Shown one piece after another: positions 23,031 through 36,164 of a DNA stretch of 64,000 bases; the stretch's first letter is position 1; every line of letters begins with the position of its first letter. Location of the stretch: positions 6,727,925 through 6,791,924 of the forward strand of contig NC_057755.1 in NCBI RefSeq assembly GCF_004010195.1, written 5' to 3'. Under the pieces are notes generated by a model, which was not told the origin of the DNA, did no database searches, and saw only the letters and a list, made by a program, of their open reading frames with translations. The DNA is from Chiloscyllium plagiosum. Taxonomy: Eukaryota. Made by a program: the position numbers and the translations under genes.

Positions 23031-24530
23031 GTACCTCTGTCCCATCCCCGCGACCATTAGAATGTGTGGTGGAGGAGTCGAACATGGGGGTGTCGGAACA
23101 TATTTGCTCTCATTTTTAACCCCACTTTGTTTTTCTGCTGTTTCTCCAAGATTTGTATCTGCCCTAATTATGTGACCCCTTCTCTATTGTTCACACCCTA
23201 TATCTTTGCCACCTTCCAAATTGTGCAGTGTCCCTTTTGCACCGACTCTCCCGCACTATTCTCACTCAACATAAAAGCCCCTCTGCACTGCCCTCTATGT
23301 CTTACATACCCCACCCCTCGCTGACCCAGACCCCCTGGGCTTCGGGTAAAGGGGTCTGTGTGGATGGAACAGCCCGTGACTGCTCCCCTCTCCTTGACGA
23401 CACACAACGAGATCCTCGTTCCTGAATCCCTGACACTTCATGTGTCTGCGCAAGGGGTCCTTCAGCCCATCGTATCTAACCTCCCCCCTCCCCCCAATGA
23501 AATGGTGCGGGTCCTGTACCGGGATCCTCAGGATTTGCCCCCGAATGGGCCTCATTACATTCCCCTTCCTGTGGAGACCTCTCTTCCCTGCTACCCCAAC
23601 CTGCCCCCCACACAAAATGAGCGCAGGCAGGGATTGATCACGGGTATGCACAGCAAGATCCCAGTTTCCTCTTATTTCCAGTCACTCCCCCATTACAGAC
23701 AAAAAGAGGCTATATCCACTTTACACCTCACCCAGTTTGTCCCTTTCCTCAAATACTGTCCCCACCCAATTACCTTCCCACCGATGTTGTACCTTCCCTG
23801 GTTTTATGGCCGCCACAAAATCTGCCACCTCCCCTCATGCCCTCTTGTCTAATTGACCCCACCAGGTGCTGCTTTACTCCCTTCCACAAACTGACAGACT
23901 GGATAGAATCTCCCCTCACGCCTTATTTTATCTGCCTGATCTTGCAGTCCCCACAAGATTAGCATCTCTCAATTTTGCCTCCGAGCCAAATGGTACACAT
24001 TCAAATTCAAACCCCCACAACAATTTTGCCACTCCCATTCGAGAGCTGCAGCGGAGGTTGGTTAAAATTGGGAGAAACATAATTACCCACACTTTGTCTC
24101 CCTCCATTTTGCTGCCATCCCCAGATTTTTAAGTCTTCCGCATTTATGAATTAAGCCACCCCATTTACTTTTTCCAGCCCCTACATTTTTGCGCCCACCC
24201 CTTCAAGCTTTTGCATTCCCATAAAACTTTTGCTCCTTTACCCTCAGTCCAAATATTGCACTTCCCCCAAACATCTTGCCCCTACCAATTTTCATGGTCT
24301 AATTTAAACAACCCAACTGGCCTTACAACTGTTTGTGCCTTCATGCACAGCAATATCCCAGACATCTCTCTGCCCATCCCCACCACCCTACCCAGTCAGA
24401 AAAAGGCTTTATCTCCCTCACCCCCGATTTGGACAACAAGGGCTGACACAGGGAATAGCAAGATCCCACTACGTTAACAGCATGTGCAGTACCAAGTGGG
24501 ACTAGCCCAAATCGACCCAGGGACAGGAAT

Positions 24531-25195
24531 ATAGAACATAGAACACATAAAATACAGCACAGAACAGTCCCTTTGGCCCATGATGTTGTGCCCAGATTTA
24601 ATCCGAATGTAAAATATAGTAACTTAACCTACTCACACCTCAACTCACTGCTATTCATGTGCATGTCCAGCAGTCACTTAAATGTCCCCAATGACTTTGC
24701 TTCCACCACCACAGCTGGCAACGCATTCCATGCTTTCACAACTCTCTGCATAAAGAACTTACCCCTGACGTCTCTGCATCCTGTCTGTGTTGCGCTGCAG
24801 CCTGCAGTAGCCCTCTTTCATATCAATGACGCCACCAATCTCTGTGTCATCTGCAAATTTACCAACCCACCCCTCACCCTCCTCATCCAAGTCATTTATC
24901 AAAACTACAAAGAGCAGAGGCCCAAGAACAGAGCTCTGCGGGACCCCACTCAACACTGTCCTCCAGGCAGAATACTTTCCATCTGCAAACACTCTCTGCC
25001 TTCTGTCAGCCAGCCAATTCTGAATCCAAATAGCCAAATCTCCATGTGTCCCAAACTTCCTGACTTTATAAATGAGCCTACCATGGGGAACCCTATTAAA
25101 TGCCTTGCTGAATTCCATATACACCACGTCCACTGCTCGACCGTCGTCTTTCTGTCCTGACGCCTCCTCAAAGACCTCAATACAATTTTATGAGG
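24531..25195 (-). mobile_element. CR1 fragment with internal deletion (RT core fused to 3' UTR)
   Basis: MEFSKAFNRVPH, SGVPQSSVLGPLLF and KFADDTE join directly near 24770 to the 3' UTR and (tagaaca) tail. Confidence 0.9.
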
Positions 25196-25205
25196 CAGTG
25201 ACAAT

Positions 25206-25363
25206 GAGAGTTTCTCATTTAAGTTATTAATTCCCGCCTTGGGAGTCCTGCTTCCCAGATCCTGGTGGTTATCCTGTTTGTGTCACAATCTAAACGCCTT
25301 GGTTATTTAACCCCAGGCTTCAAGCCCGTTTTAAAACCTTCCACTGGGACAGTCGGCTCTCTC
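25206..25363 (+). repeat. 158-bp local duplication (second copy 26927-27084; diverged third copy about 28851-28965)
   Basis: Three substitutions counted by eye between the first two copies. Confidence 0.9.
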
Positions 25364-25471
25364 ATTTTGAGTGTGAGGGAAAATACTGACAAAACCCAGC
25401 AGACGGTGATTGCTGTTGGTGCAGAGAGAGAGGTACAGCAGACAGCTAGTGTGAGTGTGCGTGCATGTGTC

Positions 25472-25516
<45 letters not shown>

Positions 25517-28500
25517 CCCAGGGAGAGAATGAGAGAAGAGCAGCCAAAGAGAGAGTGATACATCAGACACGCCGCGATGAAGTGAGGTGAGGCTGTGCCT
25601 GTGCTAGACCGACACAATGATCCTCAGCCAGGAACAACAAACTCCCGCAGGGCTGACAGAGAGAGAAAGGTGTGGAGAGAGGTGAGCTGGGAGGTTGACG
25701 ATTGAACAATTCAACAATTCCATGGAAGAGGGAGGATCTAGAGAGCTGTGGTAATGGAATCGACAGGGGAATGTGAACAGGGCAGAGGTGGGAAGGATGG
25801 GGATTGAAGGTAAGATGTGGGACAGACTGAGAGAGAGAGAGAGAGAGAGAGAGAGCTGGGAACACAGAAGTAGAGTTTGGAGCCGTAGTGTGAAAGGGAG
25901 GCAGTGACATTTGTGGGATCAGACTGTGCAGCAGTTCCACCTCTGTCTTTTCGCCCCTTTGTCTCCTCCATCCCAGGCCAGAACTCGTCTCTTGTGGTAA
26001 ATATTCCAGAGACAGCCTGAACCCCTCAATTGTTTTCCGTGTGTGTGTGTGTGTAAATGAATGACAGGGAGACATGACAGTTTCTGATTTCTCTCTCTCC
26101 CTATCTCTCTATCTCTCTCTGGTTCCAGGTCTTGTTTGACGATTCCTCACTGCAAAAAATGATTTGATTCTCTCTGGTTCTGCACCTTCCTGAGTTTCAG
26201 TTTCTGGATCCTGACGGGAGGAACAGTCAACACAACAGTTGCATCAAAAGCATAGCAAAATCCCAGGTTTCTCTGCCTTCCACAAACTCCCACTTTACCG
26301 TGTGACATTGGTTCAGATTAATTATTTCTTAAGCATTTCATTTCAGAACATCACAGCAGCATCGAAACACACAGAAATCAACATAGAGCCGTTGACCACA
26401 GGCGAGAAACATTAATAAACACGCACAGCAAGATCTCTGAAGCAGCAGTGTGACCACACACAGCCTGAGTGTGTCACTGATGCTCGTTAAGAGTTTGATT
26501 GTGTCTCCAAGACGACACAGAGGGACCAATCCTACTGTTTGGCAAATTCCAAAGTTCACCCGTTTCTATTCTGTTCCCCTTCTCGCTGTCTGTTCCCCCC
26601 AACTCTCTTCCCTACCCCCTCCTCGCACACGCTCCATCTCTGATAACTCTCTCTTACTTTCTGTCTGATTTAATCCTGTCCACTTTTTTTTTATCACAAC
26701 CCCTCCTTAAATAACTACAACTCTGTTTTGTGGGATGATTTTATTTGTTTGAAAATAAAACAAAAGAAAACTGGCGAGAAAGACACAGAGAGACCATGAC
26801 CTCGCAAATACTCAGTGAATTCAATTCAAATGCCCAGCCTGTGTCTTATTTCTGTGATTATCACATTTTATCCCCCTGGCCGAAGCACCTCTCAGATTGC
26901 TCTGAGATGAGAATGCAGCCTTTGGAGAGAGTTTCTCATTTAAGTTATTAATTCCCGCCACGGGAGTCCTGCTTCCCAGATCCTGGTGGTTATCCTGTTT
27001 GTGTCACAATCTAAACGCCTTGGTTATTTAACCCCAGGCTTCAAGCCCGTTTTAAAACCTTCCACTGGGACAGTCAGCTCTCTCTTTTTCACTTGTTCCT
27101 CTCTCTTTCCCCCCGCCGCTCAGACCTTTCCTCTTTAACTCTCTCTCTCTCTTCTGCCCTTTATCTCCCCCAACTCCTTCCCATTCACTGTGACTCTTCC
27201 TCCCTTCCCTATCTCATTGTCCCTCTCGCTCTGTCCCTATCTCCTTCTCCATCTCTCCTTAGCTTTCTCCTGCTCACGAGAATCGATCTATGTCTCTCCC
27301 ACAGCTCCTCTGTCCCCTCTTTCTCCACTCCCACCCATCCTTCACTCTCCTCCACCTTCTTCTCTCCCTCTCTCTCCATTCTCCCTCCATTCTATTGAAA
27401 TGGCCTCTCCTCCCTGGCCCCAATTTAAAGTTGTTCACATCTCCCTATCCTGTCCCGGATATATTATCCACAGCAATTAAAAATTCTGGGGTGTGTGGGA
27501 GGGGAGATTGGGGGTGGTCTGTGCAGGTGGTAAAGGTGGTATGATACAGAGCCTTTGCCATGTACACACGATGCTCTGATGTGTAATAGGTGACCAACGG
27601 GCGGAGGGGTGCACAGCAAGATCCAAAAGGCATTATTCATGATATTTCCTCTTCTTTGCTCTGTGCCAGAATACCCCACCCCATCCCCCAAAACAACCTC
27701 TCAGTAACACAATGCCTCCATGCCATTTCCACACAGCAAGATCCTATTAATGCCAGCAATTTAACAAATCACAATTCTGACTGTGGGTCTTTATCTATGT
27801 CTTTCCCTGCCTGTTCTCTCTCTCCTTGTCTCTGCATCTATTTCCACCTTCCTCTCTCTCTCTCTCTGTCTCTATTTCAATTTTTAAATATCTCTATCTC
27901 TTTGTTACTCTGTCTAATTTTTATTTGGTTGAAAATTCAACAGAAGAAAAGGGGAGAGGTTTCAAGAGAGGGGACAAAGAGTAAGGCAGACAGAGACCAT
28001 CCACTCCACACCCCCCAGCAGAGATTAGAAATATAAATCATTGATCACGTTCCTGCCCCTCAACACCTATATTTCACCCTCTCTGCTCCCCCATCACCTC
28101 CCTACACACATACACTCTCCCTACTGAAGTGATCATGTGGACTGTGCACAGGTTTTGTCAGGAGGTGTGTCAGTGAGTGTCTGAGCTCAAGTATCACCGA
28201 AATGTCTGTGTGTGTGTTTGCGTGAGAGAGAGAGGCTGAGAGAGATTATCTGTGTCACTGAGAGAAGAAAGCCTGGGATCTTGCTGTGCTTTGTCCGTGT
28301 AAAAGATGTTCATGCTTTGCCTTTCACCTAATGCTGTATCTTTCCTCCCAAATGGATCTTTCCGGATACAAGAAGATTTGATGGGAGAATACAAACATAT
28401 CGGGCATGGAGTTGAGTTTTCATGTTGGAAAAGTTTTTGAAATGATGGGTTAGCTGATTAAAGCACTCAGTTCCTGCAACAATGGCATCTGCTGCACAGC

Positions 28501-29686
28501 AAGATCCCACATGCGACAATGCTTCAGGAGCTTGATAATCTGATCCTTCTTTTATTTCCCTCCGTGAAGCTCGTTGAGTTTAATTATTTCCTGTCACCTC
28601 AGAATTGAGCATTACAGCTAATTCACAATCTCACATTGTCTCTCTCTCTTTCTCTCTCTCTACTTCTCTCTCCCATTCTACCTGTCTCTTTCTATTTCTC
28701 CTGCTCTCTCCACTTTTAAATTCTTTCTCTCACTCGCTTTATCTCACTCTCTTTCTCTCCCTGTCATATTTTCTCATCCTGCCCTCTCTTCGAGCCACAT
28801 TATTCTGACAGTGCGACAAGTCTTTACAAAGGGTCAGATGTTTTGGGTTTCAATTCCCTCCTCGGGGAGTCCTGCATCCCAGGTCCCAGAGTTTTACCTG
28901 TTTTTTTGCCACAACCCCAAGGCCCCGGTTACTTTAACCACAGGCTTCCAACCACTTTTTAAAAAACACAGAGCAACTTTCTGATAGTACCCAGTTCACC
29001 AGACGTCCCTACAATCCACACCCACCCCCACACAACCACCCCCCCGCCTCCGGAGGATACGAAACCTTGGGGTAATAAGCAGACCGCATCTCACCTAGGC
29101 CCCACTGGGTGCATCCGGGCCAACAGGTCTCAGACCCCTGGCCCGTGCTCCCTTCTGGAGGTTGCTCCTTAGCAATGCTTTCCATGGTCTTATCATTCTG
29201 GATCTCAATTTGCAGCTTTCCCTACAAAAGTTCCTCGGGATAAAAGAGAGAAAAGATTGTTTGAAATGAGTCAAGAGAACATTCTGATGCAAAATTACAC
29301 AGCAAAATCCCTGGTTTAAAAGCACATCCTCTTCACCAGCTGCATCACCAATGCATTGCATAAAATGACAGCAACATCAAAATGCAAACAAAACATAAGA
29401 CAACAATTAAGCAGAGGCTGGAAACATTAATAAACACACAAACACACACACACCCTGACTCGGAAAACTGCTCACATTCGACAGATAGAGAAAAAAGAAC
29501 AGCATTTAAGAATTAGTCTGTCAGTTTCTTGACCACATCTGTTCTCAGTGGGGAGTTTGTGGACTCCACACCTTCAATCTTTAACACATTGCAACGTCTG
29601 TCAGTCCCTGGAGAGGGCGTTGGGTGATTGAGATGTTAATTCCCAGGACAGGAGCCTTGCTGGCTCTTTCTGCGAACTGAGATGTT

Positions 29687-29949
29687 AATTAGATTACTTA
29701 CAGTGTGGAAACAGGCCCTTCGGCCCAACAAGTCCGCACCGGCCCGCAGCCCACCCAATTTCCCCATGGCCAATCACCCTAAACTGCACATTTTTGGATT
29801 GTGGGAGGAAACCGGAGCACCCGGAGGAAACACACGCAGACACGGGGAGAATGTGCAAACTCCACACAGAGAGTTGCCTGAGGCGGGAATTGAACCCGGG
29901 CTCTGGCGCTGTGAGGCAGCAGTGCTGACCACTGTGCACCATTCCGCCC
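29687..29949 (-). mobile_element. HE1-like tRNA-derived SINE
   Basis: Minus strand has A box (cagtggtcagca), B box (ggttcaattccc), central tgtggagtttgcacattctcccc and a CR1-like 3' tail. Confidence 0.9.
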
Positions 29950-31149
29950 TTAATGCTAGGACAGTAAAGCGTTACCATTCTTCGTGATTAAACTCTTCCT
30001 TAAACCTTGTTGGTCATGTCAGTGCAGTTTGAAAATATTAAACATTTGGCCAAAACTAGCGTCCAAGAGCTTGACTGTAGACACCCTGAGGCAGACACAG
30101 TGCTGGGTAGAGAAGGGGATATTTGCTGAGGACGTCTTGGCACGTTCCTGCTGTACATGTGGTTCCCAGAATCAAAATCTCTCTCTCTCTCTCTCTCTCT
30201 CTATCCCTGTGCCTCTCTGTTCAATCTGTCTCTCCCTGCTCTGCTCTTCGGGCAGCCATTTCTAACTACCAATATCCTATTTTCTTTCACTTTCTCAAAA
30301 AATATCGGCAGAGTTTGGGAATTCAAAACATAGATCACATTCCTGCCCCTCAACACTCACATTTCCCACCTCTACTCCAAACACACACACACTCTCCTCC
30401 AACACAGGACTGGGGAGATCATGGGCACTGTACACAGGTTTTGTCAGGAAGTGTGTCAGTCAGGGTCTGAGCTCAATTATTTTCACTGAAATTCCTTTGT
30501 GTGTGTGAGAGAGAGAGGGAAAGAGAGAGAGAGATAGAGCACGCCTGTGTGTGTATGCATCTGTGGGAGAGAGAGAGAATGACAATGCCTGCGTGCGAGA
30601 TAGAGACACATGTTTGTGAGAGATGTCTCACACACATGCACTCTCTCGTGCATACATTCACAGTCTTTCTCTTGCTCACTTACTCATTGGACATCTCTCT
30701 CGCATACAAACTCTGTTTCTCTAGCACATGTATAAACTGCGTGTGTCTGCGTGCGTGTGGGTGTTTCTGTGTCAGTGTGACTAGGGCCCTGTATCATTGG
30801 GTCAGTTACACGGATTATGTGGTACTTATCAGGATATGAAGAATTATTTTCTGGATCCATGAATACAAATCACAGAAAGCTAACATGATGGTGTCACCAA
30901 ATATTCGGAGGACACATAATGAGTTTCCAAATATTCCCAGGGGATGAGACACGTGAAATGGGCAGGTCTTACTGGGATTGTCCAGGGGACATGTACACCA
31001 TGAACCAATTCAATAAGGTCACGGATGGATGTGGGAATTTTCAGATATTGCAGGAGTGTTGAGAGAATCAGACAGATACACATACACTGACAAAAGTACA
31101 GGGTGTGAATGAAGGATAATTCGATTTAGAGATGGTAAGTGAATCGGTA

Positions 31150-31880
31150 AGCATTGTTTGAGTCTGAAATCTAATCGAGGAGTATGGGGTGTTGTTACAT
31201 AGAGCACCGGGTATCCGGGAATGGGTTACAGATTAGAATCTAATCAAAGGGATCTGGACAGAATATCTAGGGAATAAAAATTACCCGTGAGTGAGTTACA
31301 GATGGAATCTAATTGAGAGGTTTGGGGTAGTTTAAAACTGCAGTAACAGAATATGGAGTGAGATTCAGACGGGTTCAGCGTGGTTTGAAATAACAGCTAC
31401 CCAGGAGTGACTTACAGACTAAGATCTAACAGAGGAGTTTGGGTGTTTTTTATATGGGATAACAGATAACCGGGAACGAGTTACAGACTGCAATGTAATC
31501 GCGGGGTTCGGGGTGATTTACATTTGAAATAAGAGATATACTGGAATGACTTACAGACCGGAATTTAATCGAGGGGTTTGGGCTGGGTATATATGGAATA
31601 AGAGGTACCGGGGAGTGAGTTACAGACTGGAACTGAATTGAGGGGCATGGAGTAGTCTATATTTCTAATGGCCGATGCATGGGAGAAGGAAAAGATTCGA
31701 ATCTCATCAAGGAGTTCACTGTGGGTTATATACAGAATAAAAGATACCCCGGAGTGAATTACAGACTGGAATCTAATCAAGGAGTTCAGCGTGGGTTATA
31801 CACAGAATAACAGATACTCCGGAGAGAGTTACAGACTGGAACTGAATTGAGGGGTTTGGGTACAGAATATCAGATAGCTA
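31150..31880. repeat. About 70-bp minisatellite (about 10 units; core gagttacagactggaatctaatcgagggg)
   Basis: ttacagac recurs at 31412, 31481, 31551, 31620, 31759 and 31829. Confidence 0.9.
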
Positions 31881-33380
31881 ATTTAATCTTTGTATATTTG
31901 AGTCTCTCAGATATATGGAGCTGGGACAGTAAGATTCAAAGAGAGTGGCGCTGGAAAAGAACAGGAGGCCAGGCAGCAGCAGAGGAGGAGGAGAATCGGC
32001 ATTTCAGGCACAAACCTTTCATCGGGAATTAGGCTTGTGGACCAAGAGGGCTGAGAGAAATAAATGGGAGAGATGTGGAGTTGGGGGGATGTTAGCTGGG
32101 AATGCGACAGGTGGTGAAAGTGGGGCAAAAGTGATAGGTCATAGAGGAGGGTGGAGGGGACAGTTGGGAAGAAAGATGGACAGGTATGAAAGGACAAGAA
32201 GGTAGTGCCAAGTTCGAAGGTTAGGTCTGGGCAATCTTCCTCCAGACGTCAGGTGATTACGAGTTGGCGATGGAGGAGGCCCACGACTTGCATGTCCTGG
32301 AAGAAGTGGGAGTGGGAGTTGAAATGTTCCCTCACTGGATGGTGTGGTTGGTTGGTGCGGTTGTCCTGGACATGTTCTCTAAAATGATCCACAAGTTGGC
32401 ATACTGTCTCCGCAATGCTCCGAGGGGAGCACATCGAGAGCAATGAATACAGTAGATGACGTGTGTGGAAGCGCAGGTAAGTTTCTGTTGGACGTCGTAG
32501 GATCCTTTGGGGACTTGTATAGAGGTGAGGGGGTATGTGTGGGCGCAGATTTTGAACTTCTGGAAGTGTCAGGGCAAGGTACCAGGAGGGGAGGGAGTGT
32601 TGGTGGGGTTGAGACGTGGACCTGAGAAGGGAGTCACGGAGGGAATGATCTCTCTGAAACGCAGATGGAGTGGGGATGAAAGTATATCAATTCTGGTGCG
32701 GTCTCTTTGAAGGTGGTGGAATGACGGAGGATGATGCATTGTCACTGGAGGATGAGGGGTGGACGGTTAAGACCAGGTGTGTCTGCCCTTGTTGCAGTAG
32801 GAAGAGGTGTGTTCAAAGGTCGAGGTGCAAAGGTGGAGGAGATGTGCTGGAGGGCATCGTCAACCACGTGGGAGAGAAAATTGTGATCTTTGATGATTGA
32901 GGCTATATCGGATGTTCTTGGTGGAATTGCTCCTCCTAGGAGCTGATGTGGCAGATACTGAGGCATTGGTGATAAAGGAAAGCTTTCTTACAGGAGGCAG
33001 GATCGGAGGAGGTGTAGTGCAGGTAGCTGTGGGATTCGGTGGGATTGTCGTGGATGTCTGTGTTGAGTCAGTCGCCGAAAATGGAAAGCGAGAGGTCCTG
33101 TAAGGGGGCAGGGGTGTCTCAGGTGGTCCCGTTGAACGTAAGTTCAGGATGGAAGCTGTTGATGAAGTTGAAAACTGTTCAAACTCCTCGTGGGAGCACG
33201 AGGTGGCGCCGATATAGCCATCAATGCAGAAGAGGAAAAGGTGGGGGTTGGTGCCAGTGCAGCTGCGGAGGATGGAATGTTCCATGTACCTGATGTAGAG
33301 GTAGGCATAGCTGGGGCACATGTGGGCGCCCATGACCACTCCTTTCCGTCTGGATGAAGTGGGAGAATGGGTAGGAGAAA

Positions 33381-35491
33381 TTAGACAATAGACAATAGAC
33401 AATAGACAATGGCAGGAGTAGGCCATTCAGCCCTTCGAGCCTGCACCGCCATTCAATATAATCATGGCTGATCATTCCTAATCAGTATCCTGTTCCTGCC
33501 TTATCTCCATAACCCTTGATTCCACTATCTTTGAGAGCTCTATCCAACTCCTTCTTAAATGTATCCAGAAAGCGGGCCTCCACTGCCCCCTGTGGCAGAG
33601 CATTCCACACAGCCACCACTCTCTGGGTGAAGAGGTTTCTCCTGAGCTCTGTCCTAAATGGTCTACCCCGTATTTTTAAGCTGTGTCCTCTGGTTCGGCA
33701 CTCACCCATCAGTGGAAATATGTTTCCTACTGCCAGAGTGTCAAATCCTTTCATAATCTTATACGTCTCAATCAGACCCCNNNNNNNNNNNNNNNNNNNN
33801 NNNNNNNNNNNNNNNNNNNNNNNNNNNNNNNNNNNNNNNNNNNNNNNNNNNNNNNNNNNNNNNNNNNNNNNNNNNNNNNNNNNNNNNNNNNNNNNNNNNN
33901 NNNNNNNNNNNNNNNNNNNNNNNNNNNNNNNNNNNNNNNNNNNNNNNNNNNNNNNNNNNNNNNNNNNNNNNNNNNNNNNNNNNNNNNNNNNNNNNNNNNN
34001 NNNNNNNNNNNNNNNNNNNNNNNNNNNNNNNNNNNNNNNNNNNNNNNNNNNNNNNNNNNNNNNNNNNNNNNNNNNNNNNNNNNNNNNNNNNNNNNNNNNN
34101 NNNNNNNNNNNNNNNNNNNNNNNNNNNNNNNNNNNNNNNNNNNNNNNNNNNNNNNNNNNNNNNNNNNNNNNNNNNNNNNNNNNNNNNNNNNNNNNNNNNN
34201 NNNNNNNNNNNNNNNNNNNNNNNNNNNNNNNNNNNNNNNNNNNNNNNNNNNNNNNNNNNNNNNNNNNNNNNNNNNNNNNNNNNNNNNNNNNNNNNNNNNN
34301 NNNNNNNNNNNNNNNNNNNNNNNNNNNNNNNNNNNNNNNNNNNNNNNNNNNNNNNNNNNNNNNNNNNNNNNNNNNNNNNNNNNNNNNNNNNNNNNNNNNN
34401 NNNNNNNNNNNATAACATTTGCCACCCTCCAATCCTCAGGAACCGACCCTGAATCTATTGAACTCTGGAAAATAATCACCAACGCATCCACGATTTCTCG
34501 AGCCATCTCCTTCAGTACCCTGGGATGTAGACCATCGGGCCCCGGGGACTTATCAGCCTTCAGACCTAACAGTCTCTCCAACACCAATTCCTGGCAAATA
34601 TAAATTCCCTTAAGTTCAGGTCCTTCAGCCACTGTTATCTCAGGGAGATTGCTTGTGTCTTCCCCAGTGAACACAGATCTGAAGTACCCTTTTAATTCCT
34701 CTGCCATTTCTTTGTTCTTAGTAATATTGTTTCTGTCTTCAAGGGCCCAATTTTTGTCCTAACCATTTTTTTGCCTTGCACATACCCAAAGAAGCTTTTA
34801 CTATCCTCCTTAATATTCTTGGTCAGTTTACCTTCGTACCTCATTTTTCCTCTGCGTATTTCCTTCTTAGTAATCCTCTGTTGCTCTTTAAAAGCTTCCC
34901 AGTCCTCAGTTTTCCCACTAATCTTAGCTATGTTATACTTTTTCTCTTTTAACTTTATATGTTTCTTTCCTTCCCTCGTCAGCCACGGCCGCCCATGCCT
35001 CCTCCTGGGATCTTTCTTCCTTTTAGGAATGAACTGATCCTGCAACTTCTGCATTATACACAGAAATATCCGCCATTGTTCCTCCATGGTCATCTCTGCT
35101 AAGGTATTGTACCATTGAACTTTGGCCTGCTCCTCCCTCATAGCTCCATAATTCCCTTTATTCAACAGAAGTACTGTCACTTCCGACTGTACCCTCTCCC
35201 TCTCAAATTACAGATTGAAGCTTATTGTATTATGGTCACTACTTCCCAATGGCTCCTTCACTTCGAGGTCTCTGACCAATTCTGGTTCGTTACACAATAC
35301 CAGATCCAGAATTGCCTTCTCCCTGGTCGGGTCCAGCACCAGCTGCTCGAAGAATCCATCTCTGAGGCACTCCACAAAGTCTCTTTCTTGTGGCCCAATA
35401 CCATCCTGATTCTCCCAGTCTACCTGCATGTTAAAATCCCCCATAACAACTGTAGTGACATCTTTGCGACAGGCCAATTTCAGCTCCTGAT
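33381..35491 (-). mobile_element. Young 5'-truncated CR1 LINE nested in the PLE (spans an N gap)
   Basis: (tagacaa)n tail; long open frames VMGDFN..ILDLVL..GSSDHN, KSPGPDGLHPRVLKE and RRNLFTQRVVAVWNALP. Confidence 0.93.
33781..34411. other. Assembly gap (631 N)
   Basis: Run of N. Confidence 1.
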
Positions 35492-36164
35492 TTTGTTGAA
35501 GGTGAGGAGTGAAAGGTCATTTGAAGCGTACTGGTTGAGTTGGCGTGAGAGGAAGAAATTGAGGGCTTTGAGGACTTCGTCATGGCGGATACATGTGCAA
35601 AGGGACCGGATATCGAAGTCCATGTCCTTGGATGCCCATCTCCAAGCCGTTATGGGACAGTGTAAATGAATTCATGGAGCTATTGGAGGGTATCTGTGGT
35701 GTCCCGAACGTACCTGTGAATTTCCTGGATTAATGGGAACAGAATGGTGTCAAGGTATGCAGACATAAGTTCAGTGGGGAAGGAGCAGGCTGAGACTATG
35801 AGCAGGCTGAGCAGGTCGACCGGGGCAGTCAGGTTTGTGAATCTTGGCTAAGAGCTAGAATGGGGTGGGGTGGCTTCCTGGACTATGAAAATGGGAGATC
35901 CCCAGAGGACATGGGGTTGTGGATGGTGTGGGAGATAATGGTTTGGTGAGAGAAGGTGAGGTCATATTCGGCTGGTTAATATGAGGAGGTGCCTGTGAGT
36001 TGGTGCCTGGCTTCAGCAGTCAAGAGGTCGGTGTGCCAAACTAGCACAGCTTACCCCCACACCACCCACCCCGCCTCGCCACTACTCGTTGACTGCTGGT
36101 TTGACAGTGAGGTTAGGTTTGGAGCGGAGGGTGTGGACGACTGCACGTTGCGAGGATGGGAGAG

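Larger units (their letters stand above)
31935..36160 (-). mobile_element. Degenerate Penelope-like element (RT and GIY-YIG) split by a CR1 insertion
   Basis: GVVMGAHMCPSYA (RT motif B), FREHVQD..VREHFNSHSH and a decayed pLTR at 31940-32030. Sequence resumes at 35492 after the CR1. Confidence 0.85.

Noticed and set aside
22754..23175. Leu/Ser/Phe-rich membrane-like ORFs (also 27093-27544 and 28605-28808)
   Set aside because: Translations of (TC)n tracts.
29860..29949. tRNA-like A and B boxes (also 20470 and 49798)
   Set aside because: These are SINE heads followed by SINE body and tail; no complete cloverleaf.
31995..32030. Decayed hammerhead-like motifs (also about 36444, 49000 and 52922)
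   Set aside because: Catalytic core or stem II is mutated or deleted, so they are not called as ribozymes.
33482..34707. Long 216-316 aa ORFs (also 50996-51701 and 3127-3309)
   Set aside because: Artefacts of reading through N gaps.
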